From the IMG/VR virus record IMGVR_UViG_3300010203_000021, positions 7,014 through 71,013 of that record: a stretch of DNA of 64,000 bases; one strand, written 5' to 3'. Each line of letters opens with the position of its first letter. Within the stretch, counting starts at the first letter, position 1. Origin of the DNA: a virus. Its lineage: Duplodnaviria > Caudoviricetes. Shown here piece by piece: positions 37,204 to 45,194 of this stretch. Both the position numbers and the translations under genes were made by a program. Below the pieces are notes generated by a model that worked only from the letters and a program-made list of their open reading frames with translations, searched no databases and was not told the origin of the DNA.

Positions 37204-37698
37204 ATGGCGTTCAACATCCAAATCGTGGGAGACCGCGAGGTCATCGCCCGGTTTGCCGCTATGCCGGAAGGGGTTCGGCAGGCATTGAAAAACAAGGTGA
37301 CGGTTCTCGCCTACAAATTGCAGGCGAAAGTTGTCTCCGAAAAGCTTTCAGGGCAGGTCCTGAATCGTGTGACCGGAAAGTTAGCTCGGTCGATCCATAA
37401 CGTGATCGATGATGAAGGGCTCAAGGTCACCGGGAAAGTCGCATCCTCCGGCGATGTGAAGTATGCCGCCCGCCATGAGTTCGGATTCACCGGGACCGAG
37501 AGCATCAAGGCGCACACCCGCACGATCACGCAGGCCTTCGGCGAGCAATTGAGTGAGGCCAAGCAAGTCGCCGTGCGCGCCTATAGTCGTCAGGCGAAGA
37601 CGCCCGAGCGGTCATTCTTGCGATCCAGTCTCGACGATATGCGGGAGGAGATCATCAAAGGGCTCACCGACGCCGTGCAGAAAGCCATCAAGGAATGA
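37204..37698 (+). CDS. Neck/tail-completion protein (HK97 gp10-like)
   Basis: TGKLARSI, YAARHEFG, PERSFLRSSL. Confidence 0.8.
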   Translation: MAFNIQIVGDREVIARFAAMPEGVRQALKNKVTVLAYKLQAKVVSEKLSGQVLNRVTGKLARSIHNVIDDEGLKVTGKVASSGDVKYAARHEFGFTGTESIKAHTRTITQAFGEQLSEAKQVAVRAYSRQAKTPERSFLRSSLDDMREEIIKGLTDAVQKAIKE

Positions 37699-38153
37699 TC
37701 AGCAGTCGCGATTCCATCCTCGCCGCGCTGTTCGGCCGCCTGTGCGCGGCGCAGTTGCCTGGCGTTGGGCCTAATGGCTCAACCATGTGGGAAACGACCG
37801 GGCGCCGCCTGAAACTATGGTCCGATGTCCCGGCCGGCGAGCGCCCAGCTATGTTCATGGCCGACCACCTCGAAAACGTGGCGGAAGTCGTTCGCACCAT
37901 GCCAGGCGTTGCAACCATGGAGGTCGAAGTCTTCGTTTACATCGACGCCTCGGACCGCACGGCTATTCCGTCCACCGATTTGAACAACTGCATCGACGCC
38001 ATTGCCGCTGTGCTGGAGCCAACCGCAGCTGGCCCGCAAACCCTGGGGGGCTTGGTCACGTCCTGCCGCATCGAGGGACGCATCCTGAAAGACCCCGGCG
38101 ATCTCGACGGGGAAGGCCTGGCGGTCATCCCGATTAAAATCCTGGCACCCTGA
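37695..38153 (+). CDS. Tail terminator protein
   Basis: Position before the tail tube gene; QTLGGLV..C.IEG motif. Confidence 0.75.
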   Translation: MISSRDSILAALFGRLCAAQLPGVGPNGSTMWETTGRRLKLWSDVPAGERPAMFMADHLENVAEVVRTMPGVATMEVEVFVYIDASDRTAIPSTDLNNCIDAIAAVLEPTAAGPQTLGGLVTSCRIEGRILKDPGDLDGEGLAVIPIKILAP

Positions 38154-38163
38154 AGGACCAAAA

Positions 38164-38415
38164 ATGATCGACGAAACCGCAACCGCGCAGGAAGCCCCTG
38201 CCGCGACCGCTGACGCCGTTTCCTCTTTCTCCGCTCCCATCGCAGAGGTGGCTACTGAGGCACCGCCTGCGGTTGCGCCTCCCGCGACTGACGCTGCCGT
38301 CGACGCCTGGTTCGTCGAGAGCTTCTACAATTCGCCGGTCAGCCGCGACACGGCGGTTTTCAACTGCGTCCGCTCGGCCGTGGACGATCTCAAGACGCGG
38401 CTCGCCAAACTCTGA
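38164..38415 (+). CDS. Small hypothetical virion protein
   Basis: GAAGGA RBS; between terminator and tube genes. Confidence 0.6.
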   Translation: MIDETATAQEAPAATADAVSSFSAPIAEVATEAPPAVAPPATDAAVDAWFVESFYNSPVSRDTAVFNCVRSAVDDLKTRLAKL

Positions 38416-38433
38416 TCCACGGAGAACCTGAAA

Positions 38434-39189
38434 ATGTCGTCCAAGAATTCCATTGCCTTCGGCTCGGGCGTCCTGATCGCCACACCTTCCGGCGCAACGC
38501 CGACGCCGGTACAATTCGGCACACTGCAGGATGTCTCGATCGACATCGACGCGGAATCCAAGAAGCTTTTTGGTCAATATCAGTTCCCGGTCGCTGTCGG
38601 GCGGGGACAGGCCAAGATCACGGGCAAGGCCAAATTCGCTAATATAGACGGCGGTGTCTACAATTCGATCTTCTTCGGCACCACTCAGGCCGCTGGCCAG
38701 AAGCTTTGGTCTTACAACGAGGCCGGAACGGTCGGTTCGTCGCCCTACACCGTCACCGTGGCCAACAGCGCGGCTTTCGATGCCGATCTCGGCGTCAATT
38801 ACGCATCAACGGGGACTCCCCTTACCAGGGTCGCCAGTGCTCCGACTACGGGCCAATATTCGGTTGCCGCCGGCGTCTACACCTTCGCCGCCGCCGACAC
38901 AGGCAAGGCAGTGCTGGTCTCTTACAGCTATACGCAGACGGCGTCCGGTTCGGGCTTCAAGTCGACCATCTCAAACAATTTGATGGGCGTCGCGCCGACT
39001 TTCCAGATCGACTTCTACCAGACCAACCCGAATGTTTCGGGCGCCCAGTGGTCGCTCCGTCTCTATGCCTGCATGGCGTCGAAGCTTTCGATGGCGTCGA
39101 AAAACTCGGATTTCATTATTCCAGAGCTTGATTTCGAAGCCTTCGCCAATTCGTCGAACATGGTCGGCGAACTGAACACGGCCGGCTAA
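38434..39189 (+). CDS. Major tail tube protein
   Basis: FGSG.L...P..ATP..FGTLQDVSID; DF.IPELDFEAFA. Confidence 0.88.
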   Translation: MSSKNSIAFGSGVLIATPSGATPTPVQFGTLQDVSIDIDAESKKLFGQYQFPVAVGRGQAKITGKAKFANIDGGVYNSIFFGTTQAAGQKLWSYNEAGTVGSSPYTVTVANSAAFDADLGVNYASTGTPLTRVASAPTTGQYSVAAGVYTFAAADTGKAVLVSYSYTQTASGSGFKSTISNNLMGVAPTFQIDFYQTNPNVSGAQWSLRLYACMASKLSMASKNSDFIIPELDFEAFANSSNMVGELNTAG

Positions 39190-39236
39190 CGCATAGGCCG
39201 CGCCGATCGCGCCGCTCCCACAACAAGAGGAACCCC

Positions 39237-39701
39237 ATGTTTCAGATCGACCCGAAAATCGACTGCGCGAAGGCGCCCGTCATCACGCTTGCAGGCGTGG
39301 AGTATTTCATACCGGCTCTGTCCCTCCGCCAATCGCGGGTTGTTGTGCCTGGGTTGCTGAAAATGCTACCGCGGCTCAACGCGATCCAGGCGCGCCTTGC
39401 TGCGGGCGATGTGCTCGCGGCCATAGCGATTGACGAGAGCGACGTCGAATTGATGATCGACATCATTCATGCGGGATTGAGCCGCGCCTATCCGTCGGCC
39501 TCGCGCGATGATTTGCTGGACACGTGCGCCAGTTTTCCGGAGATGGCGGCGGCTTTGGCGATCATCGCGAAGCAGACCGGCCTTTTTTCCCAGAACGCAC
39601 AGAACGCGGGGGAACCGAAGGGGGAGGCGACGCCCCCGACTTCGATTACATCGTCGCCCGATACTGCCAATTCGCCGGAGAAGCGTGGACCGACGATTTA
39701 G
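39237..39701 (+). CDS. Tail assembly chaperone (G-like)
   Basis: Position between the tube and tape measure genes. Confidence 0.8.
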   Translation: MFQIDPKIDCAKAPVITLAGVEYFIPALSLRQSRVVVPGLLKMLPRLNAIQARLAAGDVLAAIAIDESDVELMIDIIHAGLSRAYPSASRDDLLDTCASFPEMAAALAIIAKQTGLFSQNAQNAGEPKGEATPPTSITSSPDTANSPEKRGPTI

Positions 39702-39883
39702 AAAGCGAGTTGACCATGCAGCGCGTTCTTGCGCGGTTTCGCTATTGGGAGGACGAACCTCCCCCCGCCGTCATGTTGCAGGTCTTGGCCTGCATGTGGG
39801 GATGGAAACCGAAAGACAAAGCGGCCGCGCCTGAGGACGCGATGGACGCGCTGCGGGCGATGTTCCCGAGCGGAAAAATTTAG
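39600..39883 (+). CDS. Tail assembly chaperone C-terminal (T-like) segment in the -1 frame
   Basis: Overlapping -1 frame ORF ...DFDYIVARYC...AMDALRAMFPSG with no good own start; 5' boundary approximate. Confidence 0.65.
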
Positions 39884-39930
39884 CCCTCGGGTCGCGACGA
39901 AAAAGACAGCGATAGATCAATTGGCGATTT

Positions 39931-40260
39931 TCAGGCGCCGCTCAACGGGCGCGGGGGCGCGGCGTTCTCCAATTCGGCGATGCGATCTTCGAGTTGGGCC
40001 AGTCTCTTGTTGTAGGAGGACTCGAACTTGGTGAAGTGGCCGATCGCTTCAAGGCGAGTGGTCATGTCAAAATCGCCGCGGATATTACGGAGATGGCCTT
40101 CAAAATCGTCAAACCGACGGTTGATGGCGTCAAATCGTTGCTCCATGAGGCGTATCGCATCGTTGTTCGACTGGACGGACCTCCGCATGTCCCGCAAGTC
40201 GGCGACAATGTCCCTGAGGGTGGAGAGGATCAAAGCGGTATCGGTGTCGGTCATGATCAA
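39931..40260 (-). CDS. Coiled-coil accessory protein
   Basis: LILSTLRDIVADLRDMRR...RLAQLEDRIAELE heptads. Confidence 0.7.
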   Translation of the reverse strand: MIMTDTDTALILSTLRDIVADLRDMRRSVQSNNDAIRLMEQRFDAINRRFDDFEGHLRNIRGDFDMTTRLEAIGHFTKFESSYNKRLAQLEDRIAELENAAPPRPLSGA

Positions 40261-40302
40261 CGTTCCCTCTACGGCGGTCCCTGGCCTTCAGTAATCGACG
40301 GC

Positions 40303-40527
40303 TTAACCAAAATGGGGGAAGAAAGCCTTCAAGAGAAGCGCGGTCACGCCGGCGATGACAACACCGAGCATCCACTTCACAATGGCGATTTCTTTATCGA
40401 GTTTGGCTATATCGCCTTTCGTGGCGCTCTGGTCGTCGGCCATCGCCTTTGCTGCGGCTCGGGCCTTATCTTCCGGGACGCCGGCCGACAAGAACGCCTC
40501 ATAGACTTCAATGATCAGCGTGCTCAT
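40303..40527 (-). CDS. DUF1640/CCDC90-like small membrane-anchored protein
   Basis: YEAFLSAGVPEDKARAAA...ATKGDIAKL...KWMLGVVIAG. Confidence 0.8.
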   Translation of the reverse strand: MSTLIIEVYEAFLSAGVPEDKARAAAKAMADDQSATKGDIAKLDKEIAIVKWMLGVVIAGVTALLLKAFFPHFG

Positions 40528-40577
40528 TCGTCCTCTCCTTTGAGTGTCTTCTCAACAAGCCGGCGGACGGCCTACCA

Positions 40578-40979
40578 TTATATCTTGATGTCTCGCATTT
40601 TCTTCGCAAATCCGCCCTGCATGACCTTGGATGAAAGATCCTCGGCCTCTGGCTCGGGGAGGGCCGGCCCAGGGGAAGACGCACTTGGCGGGTTTGGGCT
40701 TCTTGATGGGGGCGGCTGCTTTCGGATCGTATTTGCAAACTGACCCATCAAGCTTTCGATCGCGTCATATCTGGCTTCCAGCGCATCGATCCGCGCTTGC
40801 AGTGATGCGGCGGATTGCGGGTCGCTGGAAGCGTCAAAGCTACATTCGAGCCGCGCGATGATCTCGGCGTTCACCGACCGATCGCCAGCCGCAGCCTGCA
40901 CACGTTGGTACAGGCTCGCCGGGACTCGGATCGTGTAGCGGACGTAGTCGTCTTGTTTTGCCATGCGCCAATTATGCAC
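40578..40979 (-). CDS. Arc/Mnt-family ribbon-helix-helix repressor
   Basis: YVRYTIRVPASLYQRVQAAAGDRSVNAEIIARLE. Confidence 0.88.
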   Translation of the reverse strand: MHNWRMAKQDDYVRYTIRVPASLYQRVQAAAGDRSVNAEIIARLECSFDASSDPQSAASLQARIDALEARYDAIESLMGQFANTIRKQPPPSRSPNPPSASSPGPALPEPEAEDLSSKVMQGGFAKKMRDIKI

Positions 40980-41013
40980 GAATTTGGTGAAAGTTTCAAA
41001 GTCGCCACTTGCG

Positions 41014-41050
41014 CACCAATTTAGTGAGTGATACGTTCACTAAATTGGTG
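41014..41050. promoter_or_regulatory. Perfect 14-bp inverted repeat, probable Arc/Mnt operator
   Basis: CACCAATTTAGTGA-N9-TCACTAAATTGGTG between divergent RHH genes; related half-site AATTTGGTG at 40981. Confidence 0.75.
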
Positions 41051-41063
41051 AACGGAGGGCGTT

Positions 41064-41291
41064 TTGAAGCCGGAAAAAGTTCGCATGACTGTTTCGCTCC
41101 CGGTTGATGCAACCGAGTTCTTGGACCGGGAGGCTGAAAAAGACTGCACATCGCGCAATGCGCAGATCGTCCGCTCTATTCGTGAGCGGATGGAAAAGGT
41201 GACGGCGGGGGAAGCTTTGGTCGGCGAAGCCCCGCCGTCACTGAACGAAACCACCGCCCTGGCAAGCGGTGTCCCTAACCACCACGGTTGA
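41064..41291 (+). CDS. Arc-like ribbon-helix-helix protein
   Basis: VRMTVSLPVDATEFLDREAEKDCTSRNAQIVRSIRE. Confidence 0.82.
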   Translation: MKPEKVRMTVSLPVDATEFLDREAEKDCTSRNAQIVRSIRERMEKVTAGEALVGEAPPSLNETTALASGVPNHHG

Positions 41292-41304
41292 TGAAGGAAC
41301 CGAA

Positions 41305-42048
41305 ATGGCTGACTTGATGAATACAGGCGAACCAGCCGCCATGTCGAGCCGCGAAATTGCGACTTTGACCGGCAAACAGCACAAGAACGTGTTGCGCGAC
41401 ATTCGCGACATGGTGACGGCAGTTTACGGTGCTGAAATCGATGGCTCAGATTTGAGCCATGAACAAATTCAAGGGGTTGCGTGGGAGCGCGATGACCGAG
41501 GCTATCTCGCCGTCGTTCATCTGGACAAATCGAACACGCTCACGCTCTTGACCGGCTATGACGCCAAGGCGCGCAAACGCGTCATTGATCGTTGGCAGCA
41601 GCTTGAAGAACAGGTTCGCGCCCCGGCTTTCGACCCCGCAAAGTTTTTGGAAAGCCCCGCCGCCATGCGCGGCCTGCTCCTGACCTACACCGAGAAGGTT
41701 ATTGCCCTTCAGGGAGAAGTCGAAGAGATGCGGCCCGCTGTGCAGGCCCTTGATCTGATCGCCGGGACGGATGGCAGTATGTCCATTACGGAAGCCGCCA
41801 AAAACCTTCAGGTGCAGCCCAAGCAGCTTTTCGGATGGATGCGCTCCAACGAGTGGATCTATCGCCGCCCCGGCGCCGCCGCCGACCTCGCATATCAGGC
41901 CCGGCTTCTGACCGGCTATCTCGAACACAAGATGACGACGGTCACGCGGAGCGACGGCAGCGAGAAATCCGTGACGCAAGTCCGCGTGACCCCCAAAGGG
42001 CTGGCGCGGCTGGCTAAGGAATTCTCGCAGGAACGTGCGCTGGCCTGA
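41305..42048 (+). CDS. Rha-N / KilAC (ANT) antirepressor
   Basis: MSSREIATLTGKQHKNVLRDI; LTGYDAK.R.RVIDRWQQLE; SITEAAK.L...PK.LF.WM; QVRVTPKGLARL. Confidence 0.93.
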   Translation: MADLMNTGEPAAMSSREIATLTGKQHKNVLRDIRDMVTAVYGAEIDGSDLSHEQIQGVAWERDDRGYLAVVHLDKSNTLTLLTGYDAKARKRVIDRWQQLEEQVRAPAFDPAKFLESPAAMRGLLLTYTEKVIALQGEVEEMRPAVQALDLIAGTDGSMSITEAAKNLQVQPKQLFGWMRSNEWIYRRPGAAADLAYQARLLTGYLEHKMTTVTRSDGSEKSVTQVRVTPKGLARLAKEFSQERALA

Positions 42049-42128
42049 ACGCCAGCGCACATGATCAGCCCGCCAAGGCGCTACCAACACCAAGGCGGGC
42101 CTAACCTCCAACAAGGGACCAGACTCCC

Positions 42129-42308
42129 ATGTCACAAGCTATCGCATTTATATCACGGGTCCGCCTGTCGCGTCTCACCTCTGATCCGGTGTTGCGCGCG
42201 TTCTTTGGGCGCGGCGAAGACTTCACGGGCGACATGTTCGCTGTGCCTTCGCCTCGGAAGCCCGGCCCGAAGGCTGGCGCGTCCGTCCGCATCCCTGAAT
42301 TTGCGTGA
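42129..42308 (+). CDS. Small hypothetical protein (MSQAIAFISR...)
   Basis: Manual 59-aa ORF; stop adjacent to the RBS of the next gene. Confidence 0.4.
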   Translation: MSQAIAFISRVRLSRLTSDPVLRAFFGRGEDFTGDMFAVPSPRKPGPKAGASVRIPEFA

Positions 42309-42318
42309 GGGGGCGGAC

Positions 42319-42711
42319 ATGGACGAACAAGACAACGGCGCCGGCCCGAGCCGGCGCGAATTCGGGTCGCTGTTTTTCGGTTCTGCTGTGGCAACTGGCG
42401 CGCTGATTGGTGCCGCTGAAGTCGTCGGGAAGGCCCACCCGGATCAGCATATCTTCGACATGATCGCGGAAATGCAGGCGTGGATCGCCAAGGCAAACGC
42501 GCCGGAATCTGATGAGGAAATGACAAGTTTCTGCTGCGGCAAGCAGGAGGATCTTTTTGACAGGTTCCTCCAACAATCTCCGCAGACGAAAGCGGGCATT
42601 CGCGCTTCGCTCGAATATCTCGTCGAAGCAAAAGAACATTTTTCCTACGACACCGACGAAATCCGCCCGCTGATCGAGGGGATTCTCGCAAGCCCCGTTC
42701 TCGCGGCCTGA
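42319..42711 (+). CDS. Hypothetical protein with a Tat-like SRREF N-terminus
   Basis: GAGGGG RBS; PSRREFGSLFFGSAVATGALIGAA. Confidence 0.65.
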   Translation: MDEQDNGAGPSRREFGSLFFGSAVATGALIGAAEVVGKAHPDQHIFDMIAEMQAWIAKANAPESDEEMTSFCCGKQEDLFDRFLQQSPQTKAGIRASLEYLVEAKEHFSYDTDEIRPLIEGILASPVLAA

Positions 42712-42843
42712 ACACCCGAACAACCGAATTCCCCACCGCCATGGGGATATGCACGACCGAGCGAGCTTCATCGGCCCGGCGGTCGTAACGCGACCACCTG
42801 ACGTGCACAGGTCTTGGCGGGCCGGTGCCGATGGAGACAGATC

Positions 42844-43599
42844 ATGGCAAAGAAAGATGAAGGACAGGCTGAAATCACGATTCAGCCGTTGAAACGCGCG
42901 ACCGTGAAGCTTCGGATTATTGGCACGACGCCGTTGTTTCAAAACCGAATGGCCGAAAAAGCGCGCCAGCAATTGCTGGTCGGTGGCGGCAAGAAGACCA
43001 GGGCGGACAAGGCTGGGATCAAGCACGATCCGTTTACCGAATTCCGCGCCAGCGCTGAGACGCTTCCGTCCGGTCCGACCGCGCTCGGGCTGCGCGTCGT
43101 CGCCGTCAAGGCGGCTATGTGCACAGCGGCATTGGAAACGCCCGGGCTGACGAAGACGTCGGCGCAACGCCTGCTTTATCTGGCCGGCGATCACTTTCCG
43201 CTCTACGGAACGCCGCAACTTCGATGCGACGTGGTGCGCAGCGCCGACATCAACAAGACCCCTGACATCAGGACGCGCGCGTTCCTGCCGCGGTGGGGCG
43301 CCGAGATCGAGGTTTCATTCATCACGCCGCAACTCAGTCTGTCGTCGGTCATCGCTCTGCTTTGCAACGCGGGCGTTCTGGTCGGCGTCGGTGATTTTCG
43401 CCAAGAAAAAGGAAAAGGCGCGTTCGGCAGCTTCCGCGTTCTTGGAGACGGGGAGGAAGACGACGAATGGGACGATCTCGTCGCCAACCACGGGCGAGAG
43501 GCACAACTCGCGGCGCTCAAGAACCCGGAATTCGCCAACGATGAAACCGAAGAACTGATGCACTTCTTTGCGTCCGAAGTGAAGCGGAGGGCTGCGTGA
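42844..43599 (+). CDS. RAMP/Cas7-like (Vipr-type) RNA-binding protein, 251 aa
   Basis: N-terminal strand KLRIIGTTPLF; AVKAAMCTAA helix; RTRAFLPRWGAEIEVSF; C-terminal Gly-rich loop AGVLVGVGDFRQEKGKGAFGSFRV; adjacent to the GGY-NN array. Confidence 0.78.
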   Translation: MAKKDEGQAEITIQPLKRATVKLRIIGTTPLFQNRMAEKARQQLLVGGGKKTRADKAGIKHDPFTEFRASAETLPSGPTALGLRVVAVKAAMCTAALETPGLTKTSAQRLLYLAGDHFPLYGTPQLRCDVVRSADINKTPDIRTRAFLPRWGAEIEVSFITPQLSLSSVIALLCNAGVLVGVGDFRQEKGKGAFGSFRVLGDGEEDDEWDDLVANHGREAQLAALKNPEFANDETEELMHFFASEVKRRAA

Positions 43600-44102
43600 T
43601 GGCTACGTTCACCAAAGAGCTTCGGCAGCAGATCGTCGAGGATTTCGCCCGGCGCCATAACGGGCTCTACGACCCGGCGCTGTTCCTTCAGGAGGTCAAG
43701 GACGCCGGAAAGGAGCATCCTGCGCATTCATGGTTCACATGGAATGACATCGACGCGGCGGCGGCTCACCGGCTGGATCAAGCGCGTGATTTCGCGCGCG
43801 GTCTGAAAGTCGTTTTCCGCATCGAACAGGTTACCGGCCCGAGTCAGGTGCGCGTGCATCAGGTTGAGGCGCCGTTGGTCCACAGTCCGCGAGAAGGGCG
43901 CAAGGATGGCGGCGGTTACCGATTGACCGTCCCGACGCTGGACGATCATCTGCACGAACTCGCTGGCCAAGCGGCCGACGATCTTCGCGCGTGGGCTGCG
44001 CGCTACAAGGCGCCGCTGACAGCCGCCGGTATTGCTGACGGGAAAATCGAGGCGATCATCGCAAAACTCGAACTGCTTGCTGAAGACCGTAAATCGGCCT
44101 GA
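43596..44102 (+). CDS. Accessory protein coupled to the RAMP-like gene
   Basis: GTGA overlap; YDPALFLQEV...HPAHSWFTWND.DAAAAHRLDQARDFARGLKV. Confidence 0.8.
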   Translation: MMATFTKELRQQIVEDFARRHNGLYDPALFLQEVKDAGKEHPAHSWFTWNDIDAAAAHRLDQARDFARGLKVVFRIEQVTGPSQVRVHQVEAPLVHSPREGRKDGGGYRLTVPTLDDHLHELAGQAADDLRAWAARYKAPLTAAGIADGKIEAIIAKLELLAEDRKSA

Positions 44103-44136
44103 GCAAGAATAGCCAGCGCTCTGCCGCAAGGGCGCT

Positions 44137-44504
44137 GGTTTGGCACGGAGCGGCATGCGTGGCGAGGCTGGGTTTGGTCAGGCTGGGCGAGATGAGGCGC
44201 GGCAGGGCAGGCGTGGCTAGGATAGGCGATGCAGGGCATGGCGCGTCTCGGTCAGGCAGGCAAGGCAAGGAATGACCCGGCGCGGCAAGTCATGGCGTGG
44301 CACGGCGAGGCAGGCGAGGTCTGGATTGGCGTGGAAGCGCGTGGATCGGTTAGGCGTGGCAGGCGCGGCGTCGCGAGGCGTGGCTAGGCTAGGCAAGGCC
44401 CGGATAGGCGTGGCGAGCCAAGGCAGGCGAGGCTTGGCGCGGCTGGGCAAGCCAAGGCACGGTAGGGCTTGGTTCGGAGGGGCGAGACCCGGTTGGGCAG
44501 GTAA
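44137..44504 (+). repeat. GGY-NN pentamer array (candidate guide RNA locus): 68 pentamers plus 7 GGCA tetramers
   Basis: Exact parse with no leftover bases (68x5 + 7x4 = 368 bp); bracketed by hairpins at 44111-44140 and 44514-44536. Confidence 0.93.
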
Positions 44505-44706
44505 CCCTTTTACGGGGAGCGCCACTGGCGTTCCCCATCCCCCCATAAGCAGCAGGAACACGCCATAAACGGTTTTTCTCAAGTGTAATAAATGACCAAA
44601 ATAATGTGCTCCGCAAGGCAGTAGGTGTATCCAGCGGGCCGCATCTGATTGACGGGTTCCGTCAGACCGTGCATGTGATCATTATTTGCTTGCACGGAGA
44701 TTTCAG

Positions 44707-45171
44707 ATGAAAACCAGCGCGAAAGTTTTGCTGATCGCTGTCGCAACCGTGGCGTTTTGGGGTGTGGCCGCGCCGTTTATCGCCAAGATACCGGCCTCCG
44801 AGCCGCACCCGTCAAATGTAAAAATCTATCAAATTACCGCAGATCACCCGCAATTTGGATCGCTCGACCTCGACGGCTGGCTCGATGTTTCCGCATGGGG
44901 TTCATCGACGAAGGCAGCTGTTTTGGCTCAGTTGAGAGACCCCGATTCCGCGAAGTTCTCAGAGATCTTTGCTGTTGGGGACAGAAAAGTCGGCAAAGCG
45001 TTCCCAGTAATTATTTGCGGTAAAGTCAATGCAAAAAATGGATTTGGCGGCTTCACTGGGGATCAACCATTTGTTCGCTTCATGGCGACCGGGGCTGTAA
45101 CGCTCGAAAAGCAGACAGCGATTAAAGAATGGAACGCTTATTGCGCTGGTGGGCACAAAGATCCAGCGTAA
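44707..45171 (+). CDS. Exported/membrane-anchored accessory protein
   Basis: N-terminal hydrophobic signal; QLRDPDSAKF...CGKVNAKNGFGGFTG.QPF; lower GC. Confidence 0.8.
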   Translation: MKTSAKVLLIAVATVAFWGVAAPFIAKIPASEPHPSNVKIYQITADHPQFGSLDLDGWLDVSAWGSSTKAAVLAQLRDPDSAKFSEIFAVGDRKVGKAFPVIICGKVNAKNGFGGFTGDQPFVRFMATGAVTLEKQTAIKEWNAYCAGGHKDPA

Positions 45172-45194
45172 TAGCGAGCGCCATTCACGACACC

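Noticed and set aside
44137-44504. Classical CRISPR array or simple microsatellite
   Set aside because: No 23-47 bp direct repeats with spacers and no cas1/cas2. The variable dinucleotides are non-repetitive, unlike slippage VNTRs.
44217-44582. ORFs over the pentamer array (44217-44582 minus, 44272-44568 plus, 44389-44616 minus)
   Set aside because: Low-complexity ARRG/PCLA translations are by-products of the GGY-NN repeat. The GGCA tetramers shift register irrespective of codon frame, which supports a non-coding role.
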